This document shows positions 61,561-64,000 of a stretch of 64,000 nucleotides of DNA, piece by piece. A program made the translations under genes and the position numbers. The DNA comes from Gnetum montanum (taxonomy: Eukaryota; Plantae; Gnetophyta). Location: positions 62,001-126,000 of the forward strand of contig MNCI01002198.1 in NCBI GenBank assembly GCA_015680685.1, given 5' to 3'. The notes beneath the pieces are model-generated. The model was not told where the DNA came from. It worked only from the letters and a program-made list of their open reading frames with translations, and did not search any database. Every line of letters begins with the position of its first letter. Position 1 is the stretch's first letter.

Positions 61561-64000
61561 GCCTCTTCTACCAGTTACGCCATCGATTTATCTCTACATA
61601 TCATTTTAGTACTTGCTTAAGATTATCCAATGCCTATTCAAAGTTAGTACCATGATTTCCATGATGGTATGCTTATACTACTTTATCTTTGATAAATTAA
61701 TTAATGATGATAGTTTCTCCATTTTGGTAATTTTCTTGTTCTAAGTAGAAAAATTTAAAAACTTCAACTAAATCTCAAGCTTTCTTCCTTTTCTATCTTA
61801 TTTCTTAGAGGTAAGCAATGCTATTGCTTTATATTTGCATGGTATTAATCAATTTAAAGGTATTTCTAGTGAGACTACTAATGTTTCATGTTGTCATTCA
61901 AAATTTCTACCACTAGAATTGCTTCTTTATCCACATCCATCTCTAATGGGGAAACCGTTATCTACTTTTCACAATATCCAAATGATAATGTTGTGCATCA
62001 TTGTTGGAGGATGCCTAGCAAAACCTTGCTTATTTTTCATACCAACTGAGTCATATGATTATTGCGCATTACATTGAGAGAATATGTTAGTGTCTACAAA
62101 AGCTCTAAAAGAGCACATCCATGAGATTTAATATGGTTTTATGATTAGTATCCAACTTGATACTAATCCTCCTCTTTTCATATTCTAGTTGAAAATTTTA
62201 CTTCTTATATCAATGTAACAATTTTTTTAAAATTCTCATAATATAAATTTACCACTTGACAAGTAAAAATTTATGATGTTTTATTCTAGTAATATTGATG
62301 TAAATAAGATGCCCAATTTTATTCTTTCTTATGATGTATATGAGTCATTAATTATTAATTTGATATCATGATATGAGTTTATTCAAATTTTGGGTTATCT
62401 ACCTCATAATTGAAGTTTTGTGTCTTAGTTAAATGATGTGATACACAAACATAATATTTAAGTCATTCATTCCAAGTACTATCCTCATTTTTATCTACTT
62501 GTTAAGCTAGGAAATATTGAAGCAGTGCAAGGTAGTCTAGATATAGGATCATTTATATATAAGTATGTAGTGTTGATCATTTCTAAATGGACATAATATT
62601 TTTATACGCCATTTGAAGAATATTTTAAAGTTGTACATTTTGTTAAGCTATTTAATATTTCATTAATTTTTTAGAGCTCTTAGCAATAAATTGCTAATAT
62701 TCTAAATTCCATTAAGCATATGGAATCTGTTTGCACATCATTTAGTTCTCGTAGATGCTTTTTTGTTGAAATCATCTTGTTAACTATAAAAATTTATCAA
62801 TATTACAACAAAGTGTGAATAATGACGTTCAACCAATTTCATATTACAATATTCCTAATTCATATAAAATTTCTCATCATGTATAATATAGGTTTAATGT
62901 TTGCCATTTTCTACTTTAATAAAAGGATTTTGAGGAAAGGAAAAATGTGTTGAAATTAATGAGAAAAAAGGAAATAATATGAAGTTGAAGATATGAAAAA
63001 TGAAATTAATGTCAATAGTAAGAATGATCAAATGGAAATAAAGAAATTAGAGAGAATAAAAGTTTTTGTGAATATGTTTACTTGTATTATAGTAAGGATT
63101 AATTAGTTTAGATAAATATCTCGCAAGGTAATTTTTTGTTTATCTGACAAGAGTATTGCTAACTGAAATTAAAAATACTATTTATAAGCATGCTATAGCT
63201 AATGGTAAATATTCTTAATATTTTTTATTAGATCTTCTTTTCCTACAAAAGTTGGTAGTTTGATAAAGCTTTCTATTGCTACTTTGAGTCCTTTTACTAT
63301 TTTAAATTCAAATATAGATGTTGAAAGTGATGTAGATATTGTTAGGATTGGGATCATTCGTCCTACTAGTAATGAATTTTCCTCTCAATTTTTGAAAGCA
63401 TCAATTGTAAGGTTGTACACCTAAGTAGATATTCTTAAAATTAATTTTATTTTTATGTTTATGTTATTTTGATATCTTCTACTTAGTGTTGAGCATGTGA
63501 TGTACTCTAAATGTGTTTTCCAATTATTAATACTATTTTTTGGATCTAAAACCGGTCCATTTAGAAAAGGAACTTCTATAAATCTTTGGTTGTACCTATG
63601 TTTGACTTATTTTGGGCTCCAACATCCTAAACCACTAGATAATGAATAATAATATTAAAAAATTTAGAGTACAAATGATCAATGAAGAGAAAATCTAAAA
63701 AAAAGTCTAATGATTTTGGTGAGGTCTTTTTAGGTTTTCATCCTTACAATCAATTGTGAAATCCTCCCCTTTGGAGTAGGAAAGAGATCAACCCTTGCCC
63801 TCATTTAGAAGTACTTTCATGGGGTTTCACTTCTTATCAAAGGATTTCATATAAAAGAAAAGAGAATACTCTTTCTAAAGGCAAAAAAAGATTTAATTAT
63901 AAAAAATAAACAAATAGTAATAGAAGTTGAAAGCTTTATTTCCTTAATTCCTCTCATTAAGAGAAGGGATGAGATGGAGTAGAGAGAATGAAAAATTCTA
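61560..64000 (-). mobile_element. old degenerate L1-type LINE (ORF1 and endonuclease relic), possibly continuing at 56830-57644
   Basis: Minus strand has GGLVSSW (about 62170) followed by TNIFS, as in LINE APE domains, and is A-rich; heavily decayed. Confidence 0.45.

Overview
AT-rich, TE-dense nuclear DNA from a land plant; the large TE-filled introns suggest a seed-free or gymnosperm-like genome, which is an inference. One intact host gene lies on the minus strand: a DUO POLLEN 3 (DUO3)/GON-4-like Myb/homeodomain-like regulator, reconstructed as 8 GT-AG coding exons (40493 to 8084; 4815 nt, 1604 aa, all phases consistent). Its introns hold an RT-less L1 derivative, a Copia-type solo LTR, a non-autonomous hAT element with an 8-bp TSD, a Gypsy solo LTR, a 5'-truncated Copia element and a chromovirus. 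The chromovirus is structurally unusual: both outer ends are the same (U3) LTR end in inverted orientation, yet they are flanked by a perfect 5-bp TSD. Left of the gene is a decayed group II intron-type reverse transcriptase. Right of the gene are nested Athila-like Gypsy elements that share a conserved extra ORF after pol, further solo LTRs and an old LINE. There are two assembly gaps (11774-12229 and 60894-61286). All calls are by eye, without database searches.
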